Source of the DNA: Eledone cirrhosa | Taxonomy: Eukaryota | DNA: 64,000 nucleotides | Assembly (NCBI GenBank): GCA_964016885.1 | Contig: OZ024741.1 | Coordinates: 330,336,001 to 330,400,000, forward strand | Direction of reading: 5' to 3' | The notes under the pieces: generated by a model | Told to the model about the DNA's origin: nothing | Database searches by the model: none | The model's input: only the letters and a program-made list of their open reading frames with translations | Program-made: the position numbers and the translations under genes | Shown: positions 49,495 to 61,770 of the stretch, in pieces | Numbering within the stretch: the first letter of the stretch is position 1 | Layout of the letters: each line of letters starts with the position of its first letter

Positions 49495-51215
49495 GTAGGT
49501 TACTTTCTAAAAATCCTGAGGAAGGTTTTCGAAGTTCTATGCTGGCAGGTACTGAAAAAGTCCACTCTCCTATTGATTAGAAGGGGGCTGCCTCTAATTA
49601 TATTAAAGGTTTCAGCTATACATAAATTACAAATTCCCGTGCTGCTGTTATATAGCTGGGCTGAGCAAACTATGGACCAGGATAAGGAGTGCTCTATATT
49701 CTGTTGTTTAAGCTTCCAGACTAATTCAGAAAGCGCCGTGCTATTTTTTTAATCTAATCTATTAAAGGTATGGCGGTGATTATACCAGCTAGCCTTAAAT
49801 TCAGTGGCAGTCGCCCCAACATACCTGAACGTTCTATCTAAAGTGGAGACCTTACAGTCATAGACTATGTTTTTGGTGAGGCATTTCCCAGCCAAGTAGC
49901 AGTGTTCCTGCAATTACATTTTCTGCTACTGACCGGGGCAGTTCCTGAGGAACCACGGTACCTCTGATGTCGGGTCTCAGTTCTTGTCTGCTCTATGGGT
50001 AAGTTCCAAGGGGTTGGGGTGGCCCGACTCACCTCATGCGTATGAGTCCGTTCATGCATAGAATTGCCATTAGCTCTGCCATGCCTCATCCCGCCCTGGG
50101 CTGTCCTAAGTCTACTATAATTCATCTTAGCTATATTCTGAGCTATGTTACTGGTTGTGGAGTAGGACAGCTTGATGGTATTCCTATTGAATATTTTATA
50201 GTATTTGTGTGATCTAGGGAAGCATTTGTCTAAGGCTCTAAAGAAAAGCTTAGCTATACTAGTGGGTCAGGCTGGTGGAGTAGGGGGGGGGGGGGGGGTT
50301 GTACCACACGATTTTTCTGGTCTGATGCCACTTGTTCTTGTTATCTATATTAGTGCTACCTGCCTCTTTGGTTGCTACTGGTCTATTAGAACTGATAACT
50401 GCCTGTGGGTCGATGATGCCCCAGGGTGTCCAGGTGGTGTTCGGAATCGTCTCAAGTCTCCGGTGTACTCCCCGTGCAGTTATTGGAATTACCCTCGATA
50501 GCCAGGGTTATATCCACTATGTGCCTACTACATTTATCCCTATTCCCCCTACCCGACCTCCATTCTATTTTACGTTGAACGGTTGTTTTATCAGCTCTAC
50601 AATTAAGGTTACAATTAAAATTGCCGCTGGCTGTATGGTGCTCAGACACCGTGTTTGTACCTGGGTAGTTGTTCTCATTGGTACCGTCATCATTGGGACT
50701 AGGAGGCAATACAAGATGAAGTCTATGTTGATCCTCCTTCGCCTCTCGCCTGCTGTTAACTAAAGTGTCACTATTTTGGCCTAAACTATCGCAGACAATG
50801 TTGCTACTACTATCTAATGGACGTTTGAATGAGATTCCCTCGCTATGCCCTGCGCATTCCAGGGTGCTATTATAGTGATTTGAGATCCTATCGAATGTAT
50901 CTTCATTGGAAGATAGTCCTGAAATTCTACTACAGACGCTTTTGGTAATACTGTTAGTGACTATTCTAGGGTGGTTCAATTTTGCGTTGACATAATTTAA
51001 ATTCTCATTGGGTTTGTGGTAGGGTTGGAAGAGTCCTGAATTGAGGTTAAGTGTAACATCTAGAAAATTAACTATCTTCAGGTTTTCTTCAAACACTATA
51101 CTTAAGTCTATGTTGTTGAAGAATTTGCTTAGTTTTTTCCTCACCCTCTCTACCATACTATTATTATGATACGACACAGTAAACAAAACGTTGTCACGGT
51201 AAGCGCCACCTCCCA
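49495..51215 (-). mobile_element. Penelope-like retroelement, 5'-truncated: RT C-half, Cys-rich linker and C-terminal GIY-YIG endonuclease (frameshifted)
   Basis: YRDN (degenerate YRDD)...VNFLDVTLNL...PYHKPN...NHP...RISGLSS at 50800-51210; WYNPP...KCFP..HKYYKIFNRNTIKLSYS at ~50150-50310; KCNCRN; IVYDCKV.......YVGATATEFK (GIY-YIG) at ~49795-49868. Confidence 0.88.
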
Positions 51216-51569
51216 AGTGGGGCATTTCGACTCCAAGACAGTTGAGGATGTAGAGGCCCACCAGATCCGTCACCAACAAAAGTTTATTGTACCGTATAAC
51301 ACAACCAATAATACACCTTACTATATAACAACTATATATATATGCATATATAACACACACACAGCTCTATATACAAAACAATTTTTTTTCCATTTTAGAT
51401 AGACGTGCTCCATCATCCACTTTTCTAAAAAAATATATCATACACAAAACGCCAGCATCAACAGTTTTCCAAAAGATGGCAACATGAATGGACTTGTTAT
51501 TTTTCACTAAAAACTTTTTTTCCCCGATTCCTCCCTGCCCATCCCTTCAATCTTTCTAATTTCTCATTC

Positions 51570-51612
51570 TTTCTTCTGATGAAGGACTAGCGTCTGAAAT
51601 GTTAAGACCCTC
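51570..51612 (+). ncRNA. Minimal hammerhead-like motif in a repeat end (minus-strand homologue at ~16925-16970)
   Basis: TCT(T)-CTGATGA-aGGACtagcGTCT-GAAA-TGTTA-AGA. The homologue reads CAGATGA...CGAAACGTTAAGA. Confidence 0.45.
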
Positions 51613-51755
51613 TTCCTGCTATTTCATACATTAACCTAATATATTCCTTCTATATACTGTACCGATTATGTTGTTATTTCTGTTTACCTTTTACATACAT
51701 ACATATACATACATATATATATATATATATAAATAAATATAATTATCTTTTATAT

Positions 51756-51789
<34 letters not shown>

Positions 51790-52190
51790 TTTACGTCCGC
51801 TTTTCCCTACTTGCAAGAGTGGGACTGTTAATGTTAATGATAAATAATAATACACACACACACATATATATATGTGTGTATTATTTATTTGTTATCATTA
51901 ACATTAATATAAAAAATAATCTTTTTTTAGAGAAGAGCGTCAAATTTCATATAGCTTAGGGCCTCAGCAGGTAAAAGTCCAGCCCTCTTTCATCCCCAGA
52001 ACTGGTAATCTAAACTGAGACAGACATAGCTCCCATAAAATGAGAAAGAGGCTTTGTGAATTGGTGTAGTTTGTTACACTCCTTTGTGATCTGAGTTCAA
52101 ATCTTGCTGGGAGTTGGTTTTGCTTTTCACCCTTCCAGGGATAACAAAATATATATCCAGGCTGGAACATAGTGAATTTCTTCCTGGTAA

Positions 52191-52265
<75 letters not shown>

Positions 52266-52447
52266 ATTGACCCCCAGTACTCAACAAGTACTTTATTTAT
52301 CAACCTTGAAGGGATGAAATGTTGACCTCTGTAGGATTTGAACTCGGCACAAAGAGCCAGAACAAACACTGCAAATCATTCTATATATCATTCTAATGAC
52401 TTTGTCACATGACAACCTACTGAACTATATCCAATCCAATCCAAATA

Positions 52448-52756
52448 GTAGGTTTAGACATCGACCACTCAACAATGAAGCAGGTTGTACTGGGTTACAT
52501 GGTACCAGTAGCAGGTAAAAGCCTGACCTGACCACAATGTCAGGGTCTGCTGGGGGAGTAGGTTTAGTCACCGACCACTCAACCATGAAGCAGGTTGTAC
52601 TGGGTTACATGGTACCTGTAACAGGTAGAAGCCTGACCTGACCTGACCTGACCAGACCAGGGTCTGGTGAGGGAGCCAGTTTAGTCACCAACAACATGAA
52701 GCAAGTTGTACTGGGTTATATGGTACCAGTAGCAGATGGAAGCCTGACCTGACCAT
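52448..52756. repeat. ~110-120-bp tandem repeat (3 units)
   Basis: Repeated ATGAAGCAGGTTGTACTGGGTTACATGGTACCAGTAGCAGGT..AAGCCTGACCTGACC. Confidence 0.85.
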
Positions 52757-54361
52757 AACTGAACTACATACTGCCTTGAAAACTTGAGAATGTGTGTCAA
52801 TGTTAGAATTAAGTAAATATCTCTCTACTTCCAAATACGGGTGGGCGGCCATTATGTATCTCTTATCAGTTAATCCTTATGAAAGATATGTAGTTTTCTG
52901 TTTATTAAAGCCTGCCAGTTAGCTACCTTTCAAACAATTAATCTCTCCCTCACTCTCCTTATCTCTCTGTGTGTCTTTCTCCCCCCTCCCTTCCACACTC
53001 TCTCAACTGAGACTAAGTTTTCTCTACTTCAGTTGACTTAAGGTCATCAAGGCCATGACAGCATGTCATTACCCCCACCCCGACTGAAATCTACTTTGAT
53101 AGGAACACTGTTTCCTGGAATTAATATTCCGTTATCAGTGTCTTGAATAGTGGAGGTGTGTGGCTTAGTGGTAAGGGTATTGGACTTATGGTCATAATGT
53201 CATGGGTTTAATTCCTGGATTGGGTTGAGAAAAACACTTCATTTCATGATACTCTAGTACACTCAGTATCAGCAATAGCTGAGGGTTTGACCCTGCAGTG
53301 GACTGGCTTCCTGTTCAGGGGGTAGTCTTGTACTCTCAGTTGCTTAATGGCATGGAAATCAGGATAAACACTGGCCTGATAATCCTCCAGGATCAAGGCA
53401 GACTTTAGTGTCTTGAATATAAAACATGTTTAACCCCTTTTATACCAAACTACCTGAAACCTCCTTTGATCTGTATAATATAAAACTAGTTTATTTAAAA
53501 ACCTTCCCTCAAAATTTTATGTAACAACCTTTCTTAAGTTATGTTCCAAACACCAGTTTGAATAATGAGAAAGAAAGTTATTCTTTATTTTCTTTAAAAT
53601 TATGTGAAAACAATAGGCAGAGTCTTTCATCTGTATGTAATATAAAAGAGAGATGTTTGTTGGTTGGTGTCTTTGTGCATCACACAAAAAAATGAAAACT
53701 GACATTTGAAAAGTAAGTACACCAATGGAATAATGTTATATAAAGCATTAAACTAAGATATTCTTCATGGTACTGTATTGTTTGCTTTGTTGTTTTCATT
53801 TACATTTTGCATATCATTGTCACTGTTTAATATCCATGTTCTATGCTTGCATCGGTTAGACAGGTCGTCCATATCGGGAGACAATCTTTCCAGAATTGCC
53901 CATGCCGTACCTTGCTCTGACTGGACTGTAAATTTGGCTGGAGATTTTACAGCTGGATGCCCTTCCTAAAACCAACCACATTTACAGTATGGAACTGGAT
54001 GACACCGCTATGAGGAGGGACAGGCAGTTGGCCGTGCCAAACCCACCTCACAGCGGAACCATAGTTTTGGAGCCCGGTACTAAATGGCACTGTTACAAGC
54101 AGGAACAGGCCAGTTGGCCACACCTAACCCCTCTCACAGCGGAACCATGTAACAGGAGGTTGATACTTTATTTCGTGTTATTCTGGTTTACTTAGCTGTG
54201 GAAGTTAGTTGGGGTGTCACTTCCCATGGTCACTCATGACCGAAGGTGGTCCCTCCCCACATGCATATAGAGATATATATTTATACATAAATGAAATCTA
54301 CTACATCATAGAAAGGAAATACATTTTTAACTGTTAATTTCATTCTCTCTCTCACTTCATC

Positions 54362-54732
54362 TATCAGATTGGTCCAAATTAGATCAGACTGGATTGCATC
54401 AGATTGGACAGATAGTAATCTATCCAATCCAATCCAATCTGACCCAGCCCAATTCGGTCTGATCTGACCCGACCCATTTTGATCCAATCTGGACCATTTT
54501 GTTCTGGTCCAAGCTGATCTGATTGGACCCAATCTGGTCCTAAACAATCACATCTGATCCAGTCTGATTCAATCTGTCCCAATCTGGTCCAGAGCAATCT
54601 GATCCGGTCTGGTCTGATTTGGTTTGATCCGGTCCTGTCTGATCCAATCCAGTTTGATCTAATCCAGTTTTTGACCCGATCTGATCTGGTTTGGCCCGAT
54701 CTGGTCTGATCAGAATTGGACTGGATCAGGCC
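54362..54732. repeat. Degenerate pentanucleotide satellite (ATCTG/ATCCA/GTCTG)n
   Basis: Direct reading. Confidence 0.8.
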
Positions 54733-54754
54733 ATTATATATATATACATATACA

Positions 54755-55630
54755 CAGGGTGCAGACGATATTTGTTCGCAAGATTACTGTCTAGGAAAAA
54801 ATAACACAGTAGTTTTATTTTTTTAAGATATATTTATAAAACTTGGGTCAGTTTGTCTTCATGACTTGTTCTTTCGATCTCACTCGATAAACCCGCCCAT
54901 GGCTTTGATGACGGCCTCAAGGTGGCCTCGGAACCAGCTACAGGCCTTCGTCACTGTCCCCCGACTTAGGCCCCTAAAGGCACTTGTGATCCTAGCCTTC
55001 AGATCGTCTTTCGTATTGCAGCTAGATCTGTTGGTGTCTCTTTCCACTGCGCCCCACACAAAGAAGTCGAGGGGGTTGCAGTCAGATGTCAGGTGAAGTG
55101 TGGTTGACGAAGTTCTCTGACAGCCAGGCTTGGGTCTTTCGGCTGGTATGGCAGGGCGCTGAGTCTTGCTGCCACACTTACGGCCTACCTGCAGTTACCT
55201 GGTCGATCCAGGGCTTTACTGCCTCGCTCAGAACGCGGATGTAGCCATCGGTATTCAGCTTGAGGCCCTCAGGGAAGAGGTGAGGTGGCATGACGTCACC
55301 TTGACTGCTGACGACACCTAAGACCAATGTTGTCGCTGGAAACATTGTCTGCATGACTCTGGGCATGTCTTTGGATGAGACAGCAAGCCACCTGTTGTTC
55401 TGGGAGTTGACCTTCTGGTCTCATTTGTCCTCCCGGCGCGAATTCTAAGAAGAAGTCCGTGTCTCTTCCACAAATTTGGAGGTTCAAAATTATTCATAAT
55501 CAATTATTCTGAAAATAAATAATGGAAATATAGTCACTGTTTTTATGAAAACAAGAGTGACAACGGAAGTAAAAAAAATTTGCATAAAATTAGCAGTTGA
55601 AAATTGCGAACAAATATCGTCCGCACCCTG
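54755..55630 (-). mobile_element. Internally deleted Tc1/mariner (maT/DD37D-like) transposon
   Basis: 27-bp TIRs CAGGGTGCAGACGATATTTGTTCGCAA / TTGCGAACAAATATCGTCCGCACCCTG in TA-rich flanks. Transposase remnants VLGVVSSQGDVMPPHLF...YIRVL...KPWI, WQQDSAPCHTSRKTQAWL and DCNPLDFFVWG. Confidence 0.9.
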
Positions 55631-55645
55631 TATATATATATATAT

Positions 55646-58612
55646 ATCATCACTGTTTTACGTCCATTCTTCCACGCTAGTATGGGTTAGACGGGTTGTC
55701 CTGTTGTGGTCAGTGCCCAGTCGGCTGACCATGTCTTGCTCCTACGGGAACTGATTTTGGCTTGATTGCTACAGCTGGATGCCCTTCCTAACACCAACCT
55801 CATTTACAGTTAGTGCTGGGTGCTTTTTTACCCTGGCACCTACACGACCACTTTACAGTGTGGGCTGGGTGCTTTTTTGCCGTGGCACCTCCATGACCAC
55901 TTTGCAGTGAGAAGGGGCGGGGGCATATTGTCTATATGCTTCAGCTTCGGCTTGTACCCGTGGGAAGTAGGGCCTTCTGTATTACTGCGTGACGCCAGAG
56001 GTCACGGTCCTGCATCATTGCCTTTGAGAGGTGCAATTGGGTAAGGTTGGTTTTTATCACCTTATCCCAGGTCTTCTTGGGTCTCCCCTCTCCATGGCTT
56101 CCAGTGCTCTGTACCTTTTTATGCAGCTATCATCCTTCATATGCATTACATGTCCATACCAATGCGATCTCCTCTCCTGCACACAGCATTTAATTCCTCT
56201 TATGCTCAGTCTCTCTCTCAATTCGTTTATGCTTTGCCGTTCACGTATATTACTATTACACATCCATCGGAGCATGCAAGCTTCATTTCTTTCTAATCTA
56301 CGCCAGTCTTCTACACACAACGCTCAGGTCTCACTACCATGTAACATTGCTGTTCGTATGCACGCATCATACAGTCTGCCTTTCATTTTGAGGGAAAAGC
56401 CTTTTGCAGCTAGCAGTGGCAGTAGCTCCCTGAACTTCTTCCATCCAGTTCTTACTCTGGCTACTGTACTTTTCGAACACCCACATCCACTGCTAATTCG
56501 GTCTCCTAGGTAGCAAAAGCTGTCTACTGTTTCTACAGAGCCCGCCCAGAGTTTGATGGTGCTTGTTTCCTGTGGCCATTTGCAGCTTGCTGTCCCAGCA
56601 CAGCTGCTACATGTGAAGCCTACATTCTTAGTTAAGCTTCTTGAGATCCCACTACATCTCTTGCATACCTATTGTTTGCATTTGGAGGAGAGGATGGAGT
56701 TCCTACCTACACCTTTCCTACATACTGAGCAAGGCAATTTCCCTGAGGGGATCTGGGTTCTGTTTGCTTGTCTACTTACAAGGTCCTTAGTTTTTGTTAG
56801 GTTGACTTTGAGACCCTTTCTTTCTAGTCCCTGCTTCTATGTTTGGAATTTCTTCTCTAGTTCCATCATAGATTCAGCTATAAGTGCGAGATCATCCGCA
56901 TACAGGAGTTCCCATGAGCATCTGGTCTTAAACTCCTCCGTTATTGCCTGCAAAACTATAATGAACAGGAGAGGGCTAAGAACAGAGCCCTGATGGACAC
57001 CAGCCTGTATGCTAAATTCCTCGCTATAGTTATTGTTAACCATAACTTCGCTGACTGCTCCCCTATACATAGCTTGTACAGCTTTCACAAGCCATTCATC
57101 TACTCCTAGTTTTCTAAGAGCCCACCAGATTATAGCGCAAGGCACTCTGTCAAAGGTTTTTTCCAGATCGACAAATGCCAGGTAGAGCTGCTTACTTTTA
57201 GCTAGGTACTTTTCCTGTAGCTGCTTCACAAGGAAGAGAGCATCAGTGGTGCCTTTTCCTGGCACAAACCCAAATTGCATCTCACCCAGTTTTACCCGGT
57301 CCCTAATCAACTGTGCTATAACTCTTTTAGTTACTTTCATAACCTGGTCCATCAGCTTTATGCCTCTATAGTTTCCTCTATCTAGTGCATCACCTTTACC
57401 TTTGTAGCAGTTGACAATGATGCTGCTGCACCAATCCTTTGGTATGACATCCTCTAGTATTACCTGGTTAACAATACGTGTGGTTATGGTGTGACCTACC
57501 GACCCTGCTTTCAACATCTCGGCAGCTATACCCGATGGACTGCTTGCCTTCTCAGTCTTCATATCTTTAATTGCCTTACTTACTATGCTGTTGCTGACTT
57601 GTACTGTTGGCCCCTCTATAGGGTCCACTTGGGGTAGGGTCTCTTTCTTCCATGCATTTTCCTCATTCAGTAATCTTTCATAGTGGCTGTTCCACGCATC
57701 TTTCTTCTCAGCACTTGTGAGGGCAAGCTCACCTTTATCATTTCGGACACACTTCTCTCCAATGACATCACAATTCTCTCTAACACACTGCCTCGCAATC
57801 CTGAACACCTCCTGTTTCTGGTCCTCACGCTGAAAAACATGCTTGAATTTTCTCTCCTCCGCTTCCCTTCTAGCTAAGTGTACTTGTCGCCTAACTTCCC
57901 TCCTGGTCTCTATGTAATGTACCCTACTACCCCTGTTCTTCCATTATTTCCATGCTTGTCTCTTAGCCTTAATTGCCTCATCTACCTTATTGTTCCACCA
58001 CCAAGTTACTCTCCTCCTCCCTGTGGTCTTGCTCCAACCACAGATCTCGTCCGTCGCCTTTATTAAGTTATTTTTTAGGAACTCCCAGTGTTCTTTTACA
58101 TTGAATGTCTTTATCTGTTCTTCTTTATTGTCAAAGGCGTCAAGTAAGATATCTTTAAATCTGTTACTGGCTGAGGGGTCTTTCAGCTTCCAGATCTTTC
58201 TTCTCCAGGTTGCCTTCTGTTTCCAAGTTTGTTTAGTTCTGACAATGAGGTCGCTGACAACTAAGTTATGTTGGGAGGTACATTCCTCCCTAGGGAAGGC
58301 TTTTGTGTTTACAACTGTCCATCTATCTCGTCCTCTGATGAGGATAAAGTCTATCTGACTAGAATGCTCCCCTGATCTATAGGTGATCAGATGGTTGTCG
58401 GGTTTTTTGAAGTTTGTGTTACATATCAACATGTCATTGGCATCGCAGAATTCTAGAAGCCTTATCTACCCATTTGTCAGCTAATAGTATACCTACACCA
58501 CCCATCCCATTGTCATTTCCCACCCAGACAAATTTGTAGCACTGATTTTTGCCTACAAGGACTCTAGCAGACTCTCCTCTCCATTTAGTCTCTTGCACAC
58601 AGCATACATCAA
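55646..58612 (-). mobile_element. Near-full-length RTE-clade LINE (APE + RT + C-terminus), pseudogenised
   Basis: APE motifs DVCCVQETKWRG and ITY..G..SQIDFIL...SQHNLVVSD. RT motifs KGKGD...NYRGIKL...QFGFVPGKGTTDA...FVDLEK.FDRV...GVHQGSVLSPLLF...LLYADDL. 3' UTR and tail present. Confidence 0.95.
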
Positions 58613-58749
58613 TATATAATAAATGTGAGAACTAAAATCCAAAGAGGGCTTGATAAGGATTATATATATATATATATATAAAATATATATAAATATAAAA
58701 ACCCATAGAGCAAATATTTATTATAAGAACAGATTAAAGTAAAATATAT

Positions 58750-59050
58750 ATATATTGGTAAAAGGAAAAGAAAATGCTGACAAATTGTTCCCAGTGAAAA
58801 ATAGTTTAATTAGGAATAAGTAAAAATTAATAAGTAAAAATTAGTAATAAGTATTGATTAGTATTCAGTTTTAGTTTTAAGTTTTTACCGGTTGCGCATT
58901 TCTAATGCTTTTCAAAAATAATTTTGAGATAGAGCGCCTGTGATGTTTGCTCTAATCTAATACTTATTACTAATTTTTACTTATTCCTAATTAAACTATT
59001 TTTCACTGGGAACAATTTGTCAGCATTTTCTTTTCCTTTTACCAATATAT
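58750..59050. repeat. Fold-back inverted repeat (~100-110-bp arms, ~90-bp loop) between (TA)n tracts
   Basis: TATTGGTAAAAGGAAAAGAAAATGCTGACAAATTGTTCCCAGTGAAAAATAG... and its reverse complement ending ...CCTTTTACCAATAT. Confidence 0.9.
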
Positions 59051-59080
59051 CACAACTCGTGTGTTACACCTCTATTCTTT

Positions 59081-59133
<53 letters not shown>

Positions 59134-59139
59134 ATGAAT

Positions 59140-59394
59140 AAAAATAACCAGGATTAAATTACATAAAATTGCTTAATTGATTTATGAATGTTTCAATCAA
59201 TGCAGTAAGAAAATACATTTTTATTGTATTGATTTGTTCAGAATCTATTAAACAACATAAATAAGATAATTATTTACCAACCACATGTCTGAACAAATCA
59301 ATACAGAGGAAAAAAATGTATTTCCTTACTGTCTTGATAGAAACGTTCATAAATCAATTAAATAATTTAGTGTAATCCAATCCTGGTTATTTTA
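59140..59394. repeat. Fold-back inverted repeat (~95-105-bp arms) between (TA)n tracts with a variant hammerhead-like core
   Basis: AAAATAACCAGGATT...TTTGTTCAGA / TCTGAACAAA...AATCCTGGTTATTTT. Confidence 0.85.
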
Positions 59395-59521
59395 AATTAG
59401 TATATATACACAAGCAGAAGGGATATTCAATTTGTTGGTAATTCAACAAATATAAATGTTTATAACTGATTCAGAGCACTCGACAGTTTTCTGGAGTATA
59501 ATATACAATGAATATACTATC

Positions 59522-59936
59522 ATCATCATCATCATCATCACCGTTTTACGTCCGTTCTTCCACGCTAGCATGGGTTAGACGGGTTGTCCTGTTGTGGGCA
59601 GTGTCTGGTCGGCTGACCATGCCTTGCTCATACAGGAACTGATCTGGCTTGATTTCTACAGCTGGATGCCCTTCCTAACACCAACCTCATTTACAGTGAG
59701 TGCTGGGTGCTTTTTCGTGGCGCCTACACGTCCACTTTACAGTGTGGGCTGGGTGCTTTTTTGCCGTGGCACCTCCACGACCACCTTGCGGTGGGGGGGG
59801 GGGGGCATATTGTTTATATGCTTCAGCATGTACCCATGGGAGGTCGGGTACCCTGTATTACTGCGTGACGCCAGAAGTCACGGTCGTGTGTCATTGACTT
59901 TGAGAGGTGTAGTTGGGTAAGGTCGGCTTTTATCTA
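59522..59936 (-). mobile_element. Very young RTE 3'-end insertion with a 32-bp target-site duplication
   Basis: Matches the reverse complement of ~40005-40412, and the ORF track gives identical translations. TCTGGAGTATAATATACAATGAATATACTATC occurs at 59490-59521 and 59937-59968. Confidence 0.92.
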
Positions 59937-60035
59937 TCTGGAGTATAATATACAATGAATATACTATCCAAGGAAAACTTGAACCGTTAAGGTATATTCT
60001 CCTTGGTTATGTCAAAATTTATAAAACACACTTCG

Positions 60036-60096
60036 TATTTTATCTGATGATAGCGTACCAAAATTTTGGTACCCTTGAAATATATATAATAGAATA
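60036..60096 (+). ncRNA. Type I minimal hammerhead ribozyme motif (same family as 41062-41127)
   Basis: TATTTTAT-CTGATGA-tagcGTACCAaaatttTGGTACcctt-GAAA-TATATATA-ATAGAATA. Confidence 0.72.
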
Positions 60097-60891
60097 AATA
60101 TGCTTTTATAAATATAGTTTCCATTTATTTAATATCATTGTATATATATAAACATACATTTATATATATATGCTGCCAATAAAAACACATGAATCAGTTA
60201 TTTCACTTCAATTTATTATTATAATTTTCTGTCAGTTTAATAACTGGATTGTTGTTTAGTTATTAATTGTCATAGCTCTTTCTTCACATATTCTGTGACT
60301 ACTTTTGTTACTTTGTGTCTTCTCTTTATTCTGTTTTACGCCATCTTGTCTTTATGAACTATGCTCTTCATTTACACCCATGTTTCCATGCTTGCATGGA
60401 TTGTATGGGTTTTTCCTTCTATTTGTTGCACATCTTCCTTCTATTTGTTGCATTCCTTTACTAACTCTTCTGTTTCTCTGTGTTAATACAAGCATGAAAG
60501 TCTACCTCAATAACAGATGACAGCAACTTCAATGGACATGTTGGGACAGCAAAAGGATGACTATTCTGGAGTACTAGGCAGCCTCTATTTATATTGCTAA
60601 AGATCTGAAGATTGTTCAAGACTCCTAGAATTCAGTGATCTAAATGGTTTGCAGCACTATCTCCAGGAAATTTTTCTAACAATTGTTGGAAACCCTATGT
60701 CTGAGACCCCCAAAAGGAATCAGGCTAATCAAGGTTGGAATGTCTTTGATGATAATCCTGCTTCATCAGAGTGTAACTAACACTAAATAATCAACAACCA
60801 ACCAGAAAAACATACATAATTCCTTTTGTTTCAGAAATATAAATCACTGTCTATGGTGGTTGAACTCCTCTTTTAAGAGAAACTGGTTCTC

Positions 60892-61286
60892 ACACTGTTG
60901 ATACTGTCATTGCTGTTGGTATTGTTGGTACTGTCAGTGTTATTGTTACTGTTGTTGTTGTTGTTGGTGTTACTGTTGCTGCTGTTGTTGTTGTTACTAT
61001 CGTTGGTGTTGGTGTTGTTGTTACTGTTGTTAATTTTGTTATTATTGTTGTTACTGTTGCTGCTGCTGTTGTTGTTGTCACTGTCATTGTTGTTACTGCT
61101 GTTCTCAGACTTTAGTTGCCATTGTTCTCACACTGTCATTGTTGTAAGTGTTGTTGTTGTCACTATTGCTGTTATTGGTGTTACTGTTGCTATTGTTGCC
61201 ACTGCTGCTGCTGTTGTCACTGTTGCTGGTGTTGTTGTTGTCACTGTTGTTATTGTTACTGTTATTGGTGTTACTGTTGTTGTTGC
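60892..61286. repeat. Degenerate (GTT/GCT/ACT)n trinucleotide tract
   Basis: Direct reading; it produces poly-Leu, -Val, -Cys and -Asn pseudo-ORFs. Confidence 0.88.
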
Positions 61287-61580
61287 AAAGGAAACTTCTA
61301 AATAAATAAAGAGAAACTATGTAAACACAGAGACAGCCAACAAGGAAATCTCTTGCGCTTGACAAAGTGAAAGACACATTGAATAATGTAGTCCTAGATA
61401 CACAATATTTTTGGTTACAGTCCAGTAAATCCAAGGTCTCCTGAACATGACTGGAAAACACACACACACACACAAACATTATATACATATATATATATAT
61501 ATATATAATATTTGAGTGTGTGTTTGCAAGCAGGGAATGATGATGATGATATATATACAAACATATATATATATATATAT

Positions 61581-61770
61581 GAAAATGTATGACCCCGACG
61601 GCAGAGTTCAAGCCGTTTCGACGCTATTCCTGGATAGAAATAGCCGTCGAAACGGCTTGAGCTCTGCTGTCGGGGTCATACATTTTCCTATTACCCACTC
61701 TACTACCCTAAGTATTGAGTACTCTGGTGCGTTATGGTCCATCTGGTTCCTTACCACACTTCCTTCGTTA
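61581..61770. repeat. GC-rich fold-back (48-bp arms) plus unpaired tail between (TA)n tracts; family also at 47405-47535 (-) and 25915-26055 (+)
   Basis: GAAAATGTATGACCCCGACGGCAGAGTTCAAGCCGTTTCGACG / CGTCGAAACGGCTTGAGCTCTGCTGTCGGGGTCATACATTTTC. The tail CACTCTACTACCCTAAGTATTGAGTACTCT is shared with the other copies. Confidence 0.85.

Noticed and set aside
51826-51910. Small palindrome around a (CA)/(TA)/(TG) tract
   Set aside because: Short, AT-rich and centred on a self-complementary microsatellite; too little evidence for function.
59594-59920. Duplicated 108-aa gene identical to 40016-40342
   Set aside because: Antisense reading of the RTE 3' UTR; the identity reflects recent retrotransposition.
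60890-61611. Poly-Leu/Val, poly-Cys and poly-Asn ORFs
   Set aside because: Trinucleotide repeat translated in different frames; no splice or domain support.
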